9,452 nt of DNA, taken from Octopus sinensis. Lineage: Eukaryota. The stretch lies in the NCBI RefSeq assembly GCF_006345805.1, contig NW_021827944.1, positions 1 through 9,452 of the forward strand. Reading direction: 5' to 3'. The notes beneath the pieces were generated by a model. That model was not told the DNA's origin. It saw nothing but the letters and a program-made list of their open reading frames with translations, and did not search any database. The number at the start of each line of letters is the position of its first letter. Within the stretch, counting starts at the first letter, position 1. This document shows positions 7,812-9,452 of the stretch, piece by piece. The translations under genes and the position numbers were made by a program.

Positions 7812-7841
7812 GTATGAGAAATTAAATGAAGGCCAAGATAC

Positions 7842-8030
7842 ACACACGTAAATGTATGTAGGTGTGTGTGTGCGCGTGTTCATGTATGTGTACATATGCA
7901 TGTGTATATATATATATTTATATGTATGTGTGTGTGTGTCTATGAATAAATGTATGTATATGTGGATGCATGTGTGTATGTATATATATATATGTATGTA
8001 GTGTATGTGTGTGTATGTGTATGAATTGGT
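7842..8030. repeat. Degenerate (TG)/(TATG) microsatellite
   Basis: Direct sequence composition. Confidence 0.9.
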
Positions 8031-8184
8031 GTTAGGTGTAAATGTGTATGTCTATTTGGAGTAATGGTTAAAAGAAGTGACCCATAATACGAACACAAAT
8101 GGAAACTTTAATAGAATTCGATGATAAAAAGTGTTGTACTGTAGATGGTCGCATACAAAGACAAATGGAGCTTGTGTGTGTGTG

Positions 8185-8238
8185 TAGATAGATAGACAGA
8201 TATATAGATAGATAGAAACGTAGATAGTTAGATAAATG

Positions 8239-8272
<34 letters not shown>

Positions 8273-8592
8273 CAGACGGATAGATAGATAGGTAGATAGA
8301 TAGATAGATAGACAGACGGATAGATAGATAGGTAGATAGATAGATAGATAGACAGACGGATAGATAGATAGACAGATAGACAGATAGATAGATAGAGATA
8401 GATAGATAGGTAGATAGATAGATAAAGTCAGGTAGATAGACAGACAGATAGTTAGACAGATAGATAGATAGATAGATAGACAGATAGGCAGATAGATAGA
8501 TATATAGATATAGATAGATAGATAGATAGATAGATAAGGGGATAGGTGGAAAGACAGAAAGACAGATAGAGAGATAGATAAATAGATAGATA
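8185..8592. repeat. (GATA)n/(GACA)n tetranucleotide tract with a 40-bp higher-order unit
   Basis: gacagacgga recurs at 8271, 8311 and 8351. Confidence 0.95.
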
Positions 8593-8599
8593 CAGTTCT

Positions 8600-8850
8600 G
8601 TATACATATATATAAACAAATATATATATATGTTTGTGTGTATATATATATATATCACACACAAACACACATATATACATACACACAGACACACTCATAT
8701 ATGCACATATATATACATATCATTTATCTGTGCATCTATCTACCTGTCTCTTATTGTCTCGCTCTCTTGTTCTCTGTCTCTTTCTTTCTCTCTCTGCAAA
8801 CACACACACACACACACACACACACCCACACACATATATATGTTTATATA
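8600..8850. repeat. Mixed (TA)/(CA)/(TC) microsatellites
   Basis: Direct sequence composition. Confidence 0.88.
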
Positions 8851-8924
8851 TGCATAAATATTTTCTTTCTGTAATATTTTCAAAGACTTCAACGATCTAG
8901 TTAGATAATGATCTTTTTGAGTAA

Positions 8925-9031
8925 GTGTGTGCGTGTGTGTGTGTGTGTATTTGTATATCTATGTACATATATATTTATGCATATCTGTGCATGTGTGTGT
9001 GTATATATGTATATATATATACATATATATA

Positions 9032-9120
<89 letters not shown>

Positions 9121-9138
9121 CACACACAATATATATAT

Positions 9139-9180
<42 letters not shown>

Positions 9181-9372
9181 CACACACATATATATATATA
9201 TACATACATACATACATATATATATAATATATATATATAATATATATATTATATATATATACATACATACATACATATTATAATATATATATATATATAT
9301 GATAGACAATAAACCTATATACACATGCAAATATATACACACATATATATTCTTGCACAAATACACACACAC
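8925..9372. repeat. Compound (TG)n/(TA)n/(CA)n microsatellite
   Basis: Direct sequence composition. Confidence 0.95.
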
Positions 9373-9452
9373 GTTTAGTTTATGTTTTTCGCAGATATTC
9401 AAATTTAATAAAGACATAAATAATTTATTCGTATAAGAGAGGAAAGTTTTCA

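Noticed and set aside
8228-9417. Numerous ORFs in the last 1.2 kb
   Set aside because: All are translations of (GATA)n, (TA)n or (CA)n.

Overview
Repeat-dense, AT-rich eukaryotic genomic DNA. The SINE families and microsatellite load resemble an octopus or other coleoid cephalopod genome (inference from recalled repeat families, not a database hit). No complete protein-coding gene is supported; nearly all listed ORFs are translations of microsatellites or repeats. The window holds six copies or fragments of a tRNA-derived CORE-like SINE, including a near-full-length head-to-head inverted pair (2481-3417), two copies of a second retroelement with a (GAT)n tail, one end of a Tigger/pogo-like DNA transposon, and a 2-kb tandem array of eight TTAA-flanked piggyBac-type MITEs with a trimer higher-order duplication. 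The strongest lead is two tandem Penelope-like repeat units that each fold as a minimal type I hammerhead ribozyme with a variant core (426-462 and 799-836). Two weak + strand exon candidates (7697-7811, 3676-3765) suggest the window may be intronic.
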